This document shows positions 13,542-26,290 of a stretch of DNA of 64,000 bases, piece by piece. Made by a program: the position numbers and the translations under genes. Under the pieces are notes generated by a model. It saw only the letters and a list, made by a program, of their open reading frames with translations. It did not search any database and was not told the DNA's origin. The stretch lies in contig JAQFVV010000006.1 in the NCBI GenBank assembly GCA_028023455.1, positions 8,308,001 to 8,372,000 on the forward strand. The letters run 5' to 3'. Source of the stretch: Epiperipatus broadwayi. Taxonomy: Eukaryota; Animalia; Onychophora. The first letter of the stretch is position 1, and every line of letters begins with the position of its first letter.

Positions 13542-13642
13542 CCCCCCATGTGTCATAGTATCAGCCTGGAAGCGAACCCGCTAACTCAGGACAACTGCTT
13601 GTAAAGCAGTTGTCGCTGACCTCTCGACCACCAATGCTTGAC
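13542..13642 (-). mobile_element. SINE-G copy 3 with 13-bp TSD
   Basis: TSD tagatcgtttttt at 13529-13541 and 13643-13655. Confidence 0.9.
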
Positions 13643-13711
13643 TAGATCGTTTTTTTATAAGTAACGAAAAAAAAATGGAAATACTGGTGATAAAGGTATT
13701 AAGTGTTTAAG

Positions 13712-14076
13712 GTCTTTAATTCATCTAATGCTTGAAGATTGTTTGCAAAATGCATGTATAATGAGGGAGAATAGAATTTTTGTTCAGGTGAATGTTGTGC
13801 AATTTGGTAGAGTTTGAGAGGAAGAATACACTTTTGAAAATATTTAAAAATACTTAATTGTTTTGTTCTTTCTGACGTAGCATTAGTAGCATATATCACT
13901 AAAAACATCATTCGTTTTACCCTTTATTGAATGCAAACGTATTTTTTCCAAATAATCTTTTACTTTTTTTTTTACAGTTTCGATTGCCCGGGAGCCTTCA
14001 TAAGAGCTATAAGCTAGGCAGTCGCAAATATATGAAAGGGAATACAATTATTTGGATAAATAATGTTTGCATTTAA
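13712..14076 (+). CDS. Two candidate exons (13712-13787 SLIHLMLEDCLQNACIMRENRIFVQ; 13978-14076 FRLPGSLHKSYKLGSRKY...stop)
   Basis: Donor CAG|gtgaat, strong acceptor ttttttttttacag|, matching phase 0, AATAAA overlapping the stop. No homology recognised. Confidence 0.25.
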
Positions 14077-14159
14077 TAAAGTGTAAAAAAGAAAGGTGTT
14101 ATTAATTATACATGTTGACAATCAATGCATAGAGGATAAAGAATAAAAATAAGAATAAT

Positions 14160-14667
14160 GATAAATGTCAATAGAGAAATTTGAACTCAGAATATTTCAG
14201 TCTATTCATCCCCCACTCTTGCTCAAGCAACTAATACAACATAACCACACACACGTGAAAAAGATGAACCAGCATTCATCAGTTGGGCCAGATCACAATC
14301 TCCCACATATATACCATTAGTGTTTGGTTTATATTAAGATAGCAATTCTAAACTCTAATGGACAGGTTTCAATCTTCTCACCTCTCCAACTATTCAACCA
14401 TCCACTTCATTGAAAAACCGACAATGATGGAACGCTCAAAGCCCTTGTTGGATTTGATATTTATAATCATATTCTATTAATATATATGGATAGATAATGT
14501 CCGATAATATGAGGGGTTAGATTGACATAAGGTCTACATGGGTATGACTATAACAAGGGCTTTGAGCATTCCATTGGCGGTTTTTCAATAGTTGGAAGGT
14601 TGAGAAGATAGAAGCCTTTGCATTAAAGTTTGAGGAATTGCTATCTTGATATAAACTGAGCAGTGAT

Positions 14668-14698
<31 letters not shown>

Positions 14699-15385
14699 AA
14701 GACATTATGATCTGGCCCAACTTATGAGTGTTGGTTCTGCATGAAATATGCATATTGGGACTCATGTATCGTTTTCACATATGGCTCTATGTATCAGTTA
14801 TTTGAGATAGAATGGAGGATGAATAGATTGCAAACCCTGAGTTCAAATCCCTCTATTTACATATTTAGGAAACATTCGCTACAAGCAAATAAAATATTGC
14901 CTTAGAATTACATATTGCTTGAGAAGTAGGTTACATCTTAGTATATATTCAGGCCATCCCTATCCTATTAATACATAGGAATACATAATGTCCGATAATG
15001 AGGGCTTAGATTGACATGTTTACATGGGTATGACTATAATATTAAATCTGACAAGAGCTTTGAGCCATAGTTTCTTAATAAAATGGAGAATTGAATAGTT
15101 GGAGGGGTGAGAAGAATGAAGCCCTTACATTAAAGTTTGAGGAATTACTATCTTAATATAAACAGAGCACTGATTGTGTATATATGGAAAATTATGATCT
15201 AGCCCAACTTCTGAGTGCTGGTTCTGCACAAAATGTGTATTGGGGATCATATATATTTTTCACATTTGGGTGGTCATGTGTATCAGTTGCTTGTGATAGA
15301 GTGGAGGATGAATAGACTAAAAAAATCCTGAATTTAAATCCCTTTATTTACATATATAGAAAACATTAATACTGCCTTAGAATTA
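14160..15385. mobile_element. Family C cluster: one inverted copy plus two direct ~490-bp monomers, each with an HHR and a tRNA-like B-box (retrozyme-like)
   Basis: Direct units start at about 14494 and 14987 (taatgtccgataat...). The inverted unit spans 14160-14480. HHRs lie at about 14262-14288 (-), 14716-14759 (+) and 15203-15245 (+). B-box GAGTTCAAATCC is at 14839-14850. Confidence 0.85.
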
Positions 15386-15530
15386 AATAATAATAATAAT
15401 AATAATAATAATTTAATTTAATTTAATTTAGTACATGTAACAGATTTTACATCCAAACAAAAAATGCATAGCTAATCTAGTTCACAAAGCATTTGCAGAG
15501 TTTTTTTGCACAGTAGTCCTAAATGTTCTT
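15385..15530 (-). mobile_element. Probable LINE 3'-end fragment with (ATTAA)n(ATT)n tail
   Basis: Same tail layout as the LINE at 16033 (…gtactaaattaaattaaatt(att)n versus …ctgtaaataaattgaattgaatt(att)n). Confidence 0.45.
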
Positions 15531-16032
<502 letters not shown>

Positions 16033-18100
16033 TCAATTCAATTCAATTTATTTACAGTACAAAACTACAGCATTAAGCCAATTACAGAATTGCACTATAA
16101 TAACTATACAATAATATACATAAATGAGTAAAAATGATGAAAATAATATAATTACATGCCATACTTTTTTATAAGATAAGTAACAAATTTTTTAAAGTCT
16201 AAAGAAAAAATATTTTCATTAATAAAATCATGATTATAGGTATTAGGCAAACGAAACAAAGGTGAAAATTTTAATATGTTAGAGCGACAAACCTTAATAT
16301 AAAATAAAGTAAATGTACGTGTTTTATGTAAACAATTATTAAAAGCAATATTTGAAATTTTGTTAGTTAATATAATTTTTTGATTCACAAGGTTATATAA
16401 AATTTTAAGATCTCTCATTTTTCTTTTAATGGATAGGGATAGATAATGGTCTTTTAATTTAATGTACTTAGAAAATTTGTCATAAACCAATTGAATTTTA
16501 ATAATATCTCGTTTGGAACTGGGATTCCAAACAACAGATCCATATTCTAAAATTGGCAAAACCCAAGAGAGAAATAATTTTTTTTTTTGTAAAACTACTA
16601 AATTGTCTACCATGCCTTAAAATTGCACCCATAATTTTAAAAGCCTTATTTACTACATTTTCAATATGATGATGAAATGATCCATTGCTTGCAAAAATAA
16701 TTCCAAGGTCTTTCTGAATATCAGCAAATTTTATATTATGATCTTCAATATAATAAGGACAAATTATCATTTCAGATTTTTTGGAATAAGAAACTGTTGA
16801 ACACTTATCCATATTAATATCAATTTTATTATCTCTACACCATTTCACAAAATTATTGATAGCTTTTTGTAATAATATGCAATCATTAATTGAGTTTATA
16901 TTCCTAAAAATTTTACAATCATCTGCATAACATAAAATATGCGAAAATTCTAAACTCTCTCCCAAATCATCAATATAAACGTTAAACAATAATGGTGCAA
17001 GGATACTGCCATGAGGTACTCCTATATTACAATAATATGGATTAGAAGAATTATTCTTAAACTTTACATAAGCTGTTCTCTTCTTAATAAAAGATTCAAA
17101 CCATGCAAACAAATTATAGGAAAAACCTAATTTATACATTTTGAAAAGCAACCTGGAATGATCTACTTTATCAAAGGCCTTGGATAAATCAAAATAAACA
17201 ACATCTAAACGACATTGATTCTCAAAGGCATTAGCAATGTGATCAGTTATTGTTAAAAGATTAGTTTCAGTTGATCTTCCAGGTAAAAAACCATGTTGCA
17301 CAGGAACCAAAATCTTATTTATGTCATTAACATTTTTTTTATAAACACATCTTTCAAATATGCGTGCAACTGTATGAAGCACAGAAATTGGTCTATAATT
17401 ATTAACATTAACGTTTGAACCATTTTTAAAAATAGGTATAACTTTGGCAAGTTTTAGAGAGTTAGGAAAAATACAATTTTTAATGAAACAATTAAGAATA
17501 TAACATAAAGGAGCAGCAATATATTCTACACAACCTTTATAAATGAAAGAAGGTATATTGTCATAACCTATACTTGAATGTGTTTTCAGTTCTTTGACAG
17601 CTGATATAATATCATTATTGTTGAAACAATCGATAGAAATGCTATCATTAAAACATCCCTTGATCAAATTAAACCCAGACAGTTGAGAATTACCAAATAA
17701 TTCAGAAAAGTGAACTGAAAAGTCATCAGCACATAAAGATGAATTATAATCCATGCCAGAAGTTTTAATAAAAGACCAAAATTCTTTAGGATTATCTGAC
17801 AAATTGAGCTCCATATTTTTAATATAGTTTTGAAAATCAATTTTCTGAATAGCTTTAACCAATCTTCTATAATTAATAAAATTATTGTAAAAAAGTACAT
17901 TTCGTGTTTTAATGTACTGCTTATGATGATACAATTACCTTTTAATAATTTTTTTAAGTTTATCTGAGAACCAAAAAGGGAAATAAAAATTGTGAGAGTG
18001 ATGTTTTTTGGTATATAAAAATCAATTAGATCATTAAATACTTGATTAAAAAAGTCCATATTATAATTAGCATCTGTTGAGGAATATAACGGGCTCCAAT
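16033..18100 (-). mobile_element. 5'-truncated Jockey/CR1-like non-LTR retrotransposon (RT domain)
   Basis: ORF 16498-17934 has NPKEFWSFIK, NYRPISVL, QHGFLPGRST, DLSKAFDKVDH, GVPHGSILAPLLF and YADD. Frameshifted continuations are at 16152-16613 (LEYGSVVWNP) and 17664-18059. (ATT)n lies on both sides. Confidence 0.92.
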
Positions 18101-18107
18101 CATCATC

Positions 18108-18169
<62 letters not shown>

Positions 18170-20244
18170 TAAATAAAAGATATTAGTAAATGATTGACAT
18201 CAACTATTGACACAGCCACATGAACACAATTGCTACTTGTTTGATCATTTGTCATTTAGTAAAGTTAACCCATATCATTATTCTACTTCCTCATTACCTA
18301 TTTTACAAGCATTACACACTTTTTCCAATGACCAGATTATCTCATAAGACAATGCCAGTTTGGTCATTTGGCTTTAAGCAAAAATGTTGCCTAATCTAAT
18401 CAAGTATCCATTTGATTTATTTCCTGTCATGGCATTCTTAAAAGCCTTCGCTAGGACTACAACTTACAAATATAGCAAACTGTTCTATTTTTTCAGAGAT
18501 CAGCTTTCACATCCATAAAGATGCACAGGGAGCACCATATTCTTCAAACAATTCTTAACTCCTTTTTTAAAAAGGTGTCCTTGTATATAAAAATCTTTAT
18601 CAGATGACTCTCTAACTCGAGACACTATTAACTTGTGACAAAATCTCTACATTACTGAACCTTACTAATGAGCATGGACTAACCAGGACAAAAGTAATAT
18701 CTATGCATTTACTGTCAATTTTGAAATCAACAGCATTTAAAAATAAATTACCATTTCTTAAAAAACAAAGTGACAAAAGGAATTTCAGTATGTTTTCCAT
18801 ATATAATTTTTCAGAAGAAAACAATTTATCATTAAGATTGTGTCATTATTGACATGCAGGACCATTTAAAATCTGTATATGATTGTTTTCAAAAATATTT
18901 TAGTTAAGATTTTACTGCTCAAAGTTAGATTGGCAATCCCTTTGCATTTACAGAGGAGGTTCCAGATAATATAATTGTGAGAGTCTTAGCACTAACATAT
19001 TCAACTTATTGAAATAGTGTGTTCTCATTCAGAGGGGGGGACGGACGTTAAACTTCTACATAATAATATATATATATTAATCAGGAACATATTATTAATA
19101 CACTCAATATTTGCTCTTCTTTCACATATTCATCATATCAAAAGAGAAGTTGCTTCACAGAAAATATATAAAAGTTAAGTAGATTGAAAGTGTCAATAAG
19201 TCAAATGTATTTTTTACTATTTAATGCTTCTCTCTAATCAAGAGCCCTTTTCTGGATGTTCAGCAAAGAATTTATAGCCAACCAGCTCATGGTTAACCCA
19301 TTTAATGAAGTAATGCTTCATAAATGGATATATAGCTATTCTTAACTAAAAATGAAAGCAATGGTTGGAAAAATGTTTGAAGTCTCACTATTAAGACAGA
19401 TATTAAGCAATGTCTCATCTTTCACTATTATCTCTAAAACGGATGTTGCAAAGTACTTTGCTTGAGGTGGGTTATTAAAAGATATTTACTTTTTGTCTTA
19501 ACATAACAATGAATAAATCATCTTGAAATGAATATACTCATCAAAGATAATCATTAGGTTAAAAAGTTCATAAATCTTATTTATATCATTTCATTTTGTT
19601 TCTCTTTAATATTAAAAATGGCATTAGACTCCAACTGCATATCTTGATCATATATTCTAAAGATACTGCCACAGATACCTTTTTTATGAATGTCTTCCTT
19701 CATTAAGTTAATTTGGATGGTGAAACTCAATAGACCACAGTATCTGCTTTTGCAAACAATTTCCGAAACGTATCTGGTCTTTAAGAATTTTTAAAATGAA
19801 TTTGAGAATATTGTGCAATTGTTGAAAAATGTATACTCTTGCACCCTTCTGTAACTTTGTGCCAAAATGAATATGGTGCATTCTTCTTTTCACAAAAGCT
19901 ACCTGGCTTAATTAAAAAAAAATTGCTACATCCGATAAATTTGTATAATGACCTATATATACAGTACAAACATTTGATTTACTACTTCAAATACTAATGC
20001 GCAACTAATGTAAAAAGATCATCCTCAATTGGTAAAACTATCTCCATCAAGATAGTTTTTGATTTACTAGATAGACCACAATTACTAGTTAAACCATTTG
20101 AAAATGAACATAAGTTTCCAAAATAATTACCTGTAGATTTCCATTAAATTAAGGAACTAATTCCTTAGAATATATCATTAAGAAAAATTTAAAAGAATAA
20201 TTATCTACCAGAAATAATTTATCTCAAAACTAAATGCTATACTC

Positions 20245-20613
20245 ATTAAACATCACATGACTACCACCTCTTATGCTTGTGTATAACTGTTGTTAAAACA
20301 GGCAAAACTCACTATACGTATGCCACACACAGCAAGCTAGAGTAATCAATGGATGCCAGAAGCCTTGTGCATAAAATCCCCATCTAGAGCCTACTCATCC
20401 AATATCCCCAGACTAGATTCTGGCTTGTGGCCTTCGTCAGTGAGATCTAGGTGCAGTGCTCTCAGATCCAAGGCTCCTCACTGACGACAAGCCAGAAACT
20501 AGTCTGGGGATATTGGATGAGTATGCACTAACTTTATGCACAAGCCTTCTGGAATCCATTGATTGCTCTAGCTTGCTGGGAGTGGCGTATGTATAGTGAG
20601 TTTTGCCTGTTTT
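20245..20613. mobile_element. Family B palindromic HHR element, copy 1, with 13-bp TSD
   Basis: Inverted arms span 20293-20615. HHRs are at 20405-20446 (-) and 20475-20510 (+). A one-sided tail occupies 20245-20292. TSD aaatgctatactc at 20232-20244 and 20614-20626. Confidence 0.88.
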
Positions 20614-23265
20614 AAATGCTATACTCTGAATAAAAATTCAAAGATATTGCATTTAGATGAACAACTAAGTAACTAATACCAAACCAAACATTTCACCAAT
20701 CTAATCTTAATGAGACTCGATCTCTCATATACTTCCAAGAGCAGTTTTCTCTCCACTCTAGTGCCATTTACCGCAAATATGAATAATCAATGGACACTAT
20801 ATAATATTAGATCTGTATAACTATGTAAATAATTTAGCCTGGATTTGTAACTTTATGATTTTTTTGTTTTTTTTAATTTTAGGTTGCTAATTAAGTGGCA
20901 ATACAAAAATGTATTAGTTCCAGATCTGAAATGTAATCTTCATTAACAAAAGCAAAAACTAAAACTAGTCATTCTGGAGATGCGGATTTTATAGCACTAT
21001 ACCAAATGAGGAGTTCATTAATAATTCAAGCTTACAATAAGATGGTCCTAGAGTAGGATCAAGATATCTACTCTTGAAAGGTAATATAATAATTTCTAGA
21101 TTCAAGGCAGCATGTAAAAAAGCTGCCAAGATACATAAAGTACGAAATCTAGATTCTGAGTAAATTTTAAACAACCAATTAAATGTTTAAGATCCTGTGT
21201 GATTTGGTACCATAACAAAGTGGAAGATTATTGATCTCAAGACCCATGGATCGTGGCCCACCGCCCACAACTCTGTCTGTCACTTCTAGTACCGGTATTT
21301 CTTAGAAACTCCTGAACAATAAACCGTTGAATTATTTTATGTATTAATGTTTAAATTAAACAATATATATGATGTATTCTAATTATAAACAAGATTCTCT
21401 TATCGTTTTCAGTATATTATTTAAAATAATTAAAAGAAAATCAATATTTGACCTTTGGATTTAAATTATACAAAACATTTTAATTAAGTCTTAAATAAAA
21501 ACTTTTCATTTTAAATGACAGACATTTTAATTTAAATTAAATCGAAAACTCATAACAATAAAAAATATATAAAGAGCAAAATTACACAATGTTGAGTGAA
21601 TTACGGATACTTCTTTCCGCATCCACACACACATGATTAAAACAAATTATAATTTAGTAGAGAAATGTATCTTTTCACGATGCAATAAGTTTTCTTAATC
21701 TCACATGCCATAAAACATGAGGCACGATCGTTGGTTTGTCCGCTTTCTACGCTCATGACCTTGGATTCGATCCGAGTGAAACTTGGATTGGTTTTTAATT
21801 TTTCTTTCAAATAACTGGCTCATAGCCAACCGATGTATTCATCTGATAACTTGCTGGTAATTGAATATCTAGTTTATTAGTCAGAGAATAAAATATCCAC
21901 TTTAATCCATCTTGGTCAGTCGAGTTGCAGTTGCACTTGCAGTAAAACAAAAATAAGATTATGTAATGATACTATCTTTAATATTGAGAGAGGTAACTTA
22001 CATATCTAGACGTTAATTTATTATTCAATATTACTGTCGTTTTTACCTTTTCATACAAAGAATGTTTTTATTTATTTATTTATAAAACAATGTTAGATTT
22101 AAAGCTTCTTCATTACAAGTTATATATTTTGCCTCAAAAATAATTGTTCTATATACTCCAATAAACCCTGATTATTATTAAATGCTAATAATTTAATGTA
22201 TAGCATCATAAATATTATCCTACCTCTGCTAATGATACCAGCACAGTATATGCAATTGTGGACAACATAGCTTGTTTCCATGACATTTCTGGCAATCCAT
22301 TTTCCCATCAAATTGTTGTTTGGATATCTGCTTCATTTGGGACTTTCATCCCATATTCACTTCATTTTGAAAAACTGTGTAGATGACAATCTTTCATATT
22401 CTAAACATTTTTTCAATTTAGAGTCATGGATCAGCATTTGGTCAAAAATACATATGAGGAATTGGTATTTGCATGAGTACATTTGAGGAATCGATATTTA
22501 GTTAAGAATATATTTGAGGCCTTTTTGCAGAGAATGGAAAAAAATATCCATTATTACCTTATTTTGGAATCACTTCTGCTACAAAAAGTACATTTAAATG
22601 AGTCACAAACTTCTAGGTATTTATACTTTTGGTACAAAGCTGGCAAAAATTTTCATATATAGTTGAAATATGTTAACAGAGGATCATCTAACTTTTAAAA
22701 TACTGTTTTGTAAAACCATAATGGATCATACAAAACTATATAACAAAACTGAATAAGCATCTTTTCAGACATGATAGACTCAAAACTAAACATTCCTGAA
22801 TCAAAGTACAAGTCTATCACTTCTAATGTTCAAGCATCACATGACAGCCTAAGCAACAAATCATTTGCCAATTTAAATTCCATGATTTAGTGCAGTGATA
22901 AAGTGACAGACTCAAGCTAAAGGTCATTGAAACAAAGCACAACTTCATCCCTCATTCTCAAACATTGCATGAACTTTTGGGTAAAAATCCATGCAATTAT
23001 TATATACATCACCTCTGGCAATAGAAGTAAGGAAATAGCATGGACCCTATCATTGTTGTCTACTACAAGAAACCAGTTAATCAGAAGACCCTCATTTTTT
23101 AAAAACAATGGTTTGTTAGTTATAATACAATTAGGATAAATATTGATGATTCAAGATTCCCATTTAAGTTAAATATATTTGGTTAATAGATAGGAACATG
23201 TGTCTATATTTGCACAGACATTTCCTTCCTAATGGAATCAATTACATTGCTACAATCTTGGTATA

Positions 23266-23325
<60 letters not shown>
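23266..23325. repeat. (TTA)n microsatellite
   Basis: Directly visible. Confidence 0.97.
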
Positions 23326-23328
<3 letters not shown>

Positions 23329-23349
23329 TTTGACTGCCCAATGGAGTCT

Positions 23350-23748
23350 TGAGTAATATATATATATATCACTACCATCATTTTCAACCATTATCTATCC
23401 ACTGCAGAATGAAGGTCTCTCCATGTTCAATCCATTTCCATCCCAGCACACTTGCTTACTATCCATCTCACATGTGGTCTTTTTCTAGATCTTTTACAAT
23501 CTCTTGGAATCCAGTTTAAGATTTCAACTGCCCATCTATTATCATTATTATTATAATTCTTACTTAGAGATCTGAGGCTTGGACACTTAACAGAAGAGCA
23601 ATACAGAGACATCAGACCACTCAATGAAATATGGAGAAATGTATGTTAGGAGTAACAAGAAGAGATCAAAAATGAAATACATGGGTGAGAGTATAAACAG
23701 GTATTACAGACATCATTGAAAGAATTAAGAGACTGAAGTGAAATATTG
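23350..23748. mobile_element. Short RTE copy with 5' inversion
   Basis: 23350-23548 is antisense to RTE 30255-30463, and 23558-23748 is sense to RTE 30049-30230. Confidence 0.8.
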
Positions 23749-24850
23749 TGAGAAGATAATATGTATCACAATCAACATTTATAATCCTATTCATTATTTT
23801 ATACAAGCTATTACTAGTAATAACGTTTATTCTTTCTCCTCACTACTGCTTAGTCTTCATAATGGCTATACTGCTCTTCTTGCAGAAAGTTCTTACAGCT
23901 GCCATAAGCCAATTAATTCTTCTTAATACAAGCAAAATTCAAACGCAATTTCTATTGTGATTAGTGATGTTTAGAATTAGGTACAGCTGATGAAAGTCCC
24001 CTCAAATTATCACATAATCTTTGTAATAATATAATTTACAATTCAAACTTTGGTTATTCTACATATACTATTTTCACAATAGATCACTTCAATGCTCTCA
24101 TTCGTAATAAAATTAATCAAAACTGTTAATAACCAAATCGTTATTTTCTTTCTATGGTGCAATCGATGGTTCAAATTCCTGTCTATGTGATTGCTATTTA
24201 ATATTTTAAACTCTTCATTGACTAATCTAATGACTACTGTTCATACAAATAAATATACTTTTTATAAATAAATTACTTTTAGAAAGTTTAAAATTTGCTC
24301 TTTCCATAAGCGTTAATCTTAATTTCAAACTTAGGTTATTCTAATTTATTTTTAATAATTTCAACTCAAGATCCAGAAGTTATTCAATCAACACCCAGAA
24401 ACTGAAAAAATAAATTAACATATCTTAGTTTGATTCATTGTTGTGGCAAATGAAGTGGTCAACTCACACTCACATGTTGCTGCTTGAACATCATTGATCC
24501 CCAAGAAAAGAATTACCTACTAAATAAAAAAATAAAAAAAAACCTATCTATTTAAATATAATGTAATTTGCCACATGGTCACTGGTGATATCAAATAGCT
24601 TACTTGTCAATAATGTTTTACAGAATCTAAACGAAATGTTGTGATGTTAACTAAAACTTTGAAAAATTAAATATATTTGGATTCATAAATATTCTCCCAT
24701 TACTTTCTCTAAATTAAAAACCGTTTCCTAGATTAATCTTAGTTCCATTTTTATAATAAAAATATTGTATTTTCTTAATTATAATATTGTATTACCACAT
24801 AACAGTATTTTGATTATTAGCCTTTTTTTTTTGCATTATGGACATGTTCT

Positions 24851-24960
24851 CTTTTTTCCCCATATGTCAAAGCATCGGCCAGGAAGCGAACCACAACAAC
24901 TGTCTGCAAGCAACTGCTTGCGAGACGGCTGTGCTGACCTTTCACCTACCAACGCTTGAC
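24851..24960 (-). mobile_element. SINE-G copy 4 with 14-bp TSD
   Basis: TSD tatggacatgttct at 24837-24850 and 24961-24974. Confidence 0.9.
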
Positions 24961-25496
24961 TATGGACATGTTCTTTGCTAAGTTTTTAGAAAAATTAGTT
25001 AAGTATTGATAATTCTTCCAACAATTCTTTATTAAATTCTGATATTAATGTATTTAAATTAGGTTAACATCTCTACATAGTTTACCACAGTGGTGAGAAC
25101 TGTGAATTTAAAAATTAAATGATATTGGTTGGATTCTGAGCTGAAGAAATCATAAAAACAATATCCGTATGGTTAATTGAATAAAACTAGTATCACTTCT
25201 CGAGCAATACACCAACTACCAATCAATTGACCATATTTTTTATTTATTTACTATAGATTACTTTCAAGTGAAGGATGATTGCATAAATCAAAAGAGCTGT
25301 TTGATATTAAATGGAATATTATTTGGCTTTATCAAATCAGAAGAAAAAGTAAACTGACAATTCAAAAAATGGACCTGTACTTTATAAAAGAGCATAAATA
25401 CTGGAGGCAGAAGTGAAGCAGGGCTCATTATAAATAAAATGTAATAACAGTATCATGGAGATTAATGGTATTTAAAAAGCGGCTAGATTACTCATT

Positions 25497-25881
25497 AAAA
25501 CCAGGAACAAACTCTCAATGCAGTAGCGCCATCCAGTGCAAATGTTAGTAATGAATGGACGCAAGAAAGTCAAATCCTCATCTAATGCATATCATCCTAA
25601 CTAAAGAAGTAAAATAGTGTTTTCTGGAAGGTTGCATTAGATCCTAAGAAAATCTGTGTGCAGTGTTCACAGATCCCAAGCTTCTCACTGATGAAAGTCA
25701 CAAGCTGAAAACTAGACCAAGGATATTGGATGAGTAGGCACTACATAAGGATTTTATGCACAACCCTTGCATCCACTGATTACTAAGGCTTGCACTGGGT
25801 GGGACTACTGTATGGAGAGTTTTCTACTGTTTTTAACAGCTTGTTTAAGCTTAGGAAATGGTGATCATGTGATGTTTTAGA
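25497..25881 (+). mobile_element. Family B element, copy 2 (older)
   Basis: HHR-like ttctca CTGATGA aagtcacaagct GAAAa ctagac at 25682-25720. The left arm is inverted and degenerate, the tail is gtgatcatgtgatgttttag, and the imperfect TSD is agattactcatt/agattatttatt. Confidence 0.75.
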
Positions 25882-25944
25882 AGATTATTTATTCAAAGCA
25901 ATGACAGATGTCATGTATACATAACTCAAATTTTTGCCTCATTA

Positions 25945-26290
25945 AATTCTCATTGTGGTGAAGAAATAGAAGTCTTTATATGGATGTACTAAATGCTTTT
26001 GATCAGAACAAAACATTCTAAAATTGTCATGGGAAGCTTTAATGCAGGGTTTTTCACCTTTTTTATTGGCCATGCCCCACTTAAGCATCTCTAAAATCCT
26101 GATCCCCTCCATCCTATGATATATAATTCTTATTATTCAAAAAGTGAACTCCTACTCGCTGGGAAGAAGCCTAAAAAGTTATTATCAAAAGGACAGTTGA
26201 AGTATATTGGAGTTTTAAGTCATCTAACTAGCTCCAAGTAACAATGGAGAGATATGACATTGAGAAGAAGGCATAGAAAGAGGAAAATTA
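25945..26290 (+). mobile_element. Degraded RTE fragments (endonuclease region, then probable 3' region)
   Basis: 25945-26050 aligns by eye to 27968-28075. Confidence 0.6.

Noticed and set aside
20293-20615. Family B as a classical DNA-transposon MITE
   Set aside because: The 12-13 bp TSDs, asymmetric tail, variable arm length and HHR cores fit PLE-type retrotransposition better.
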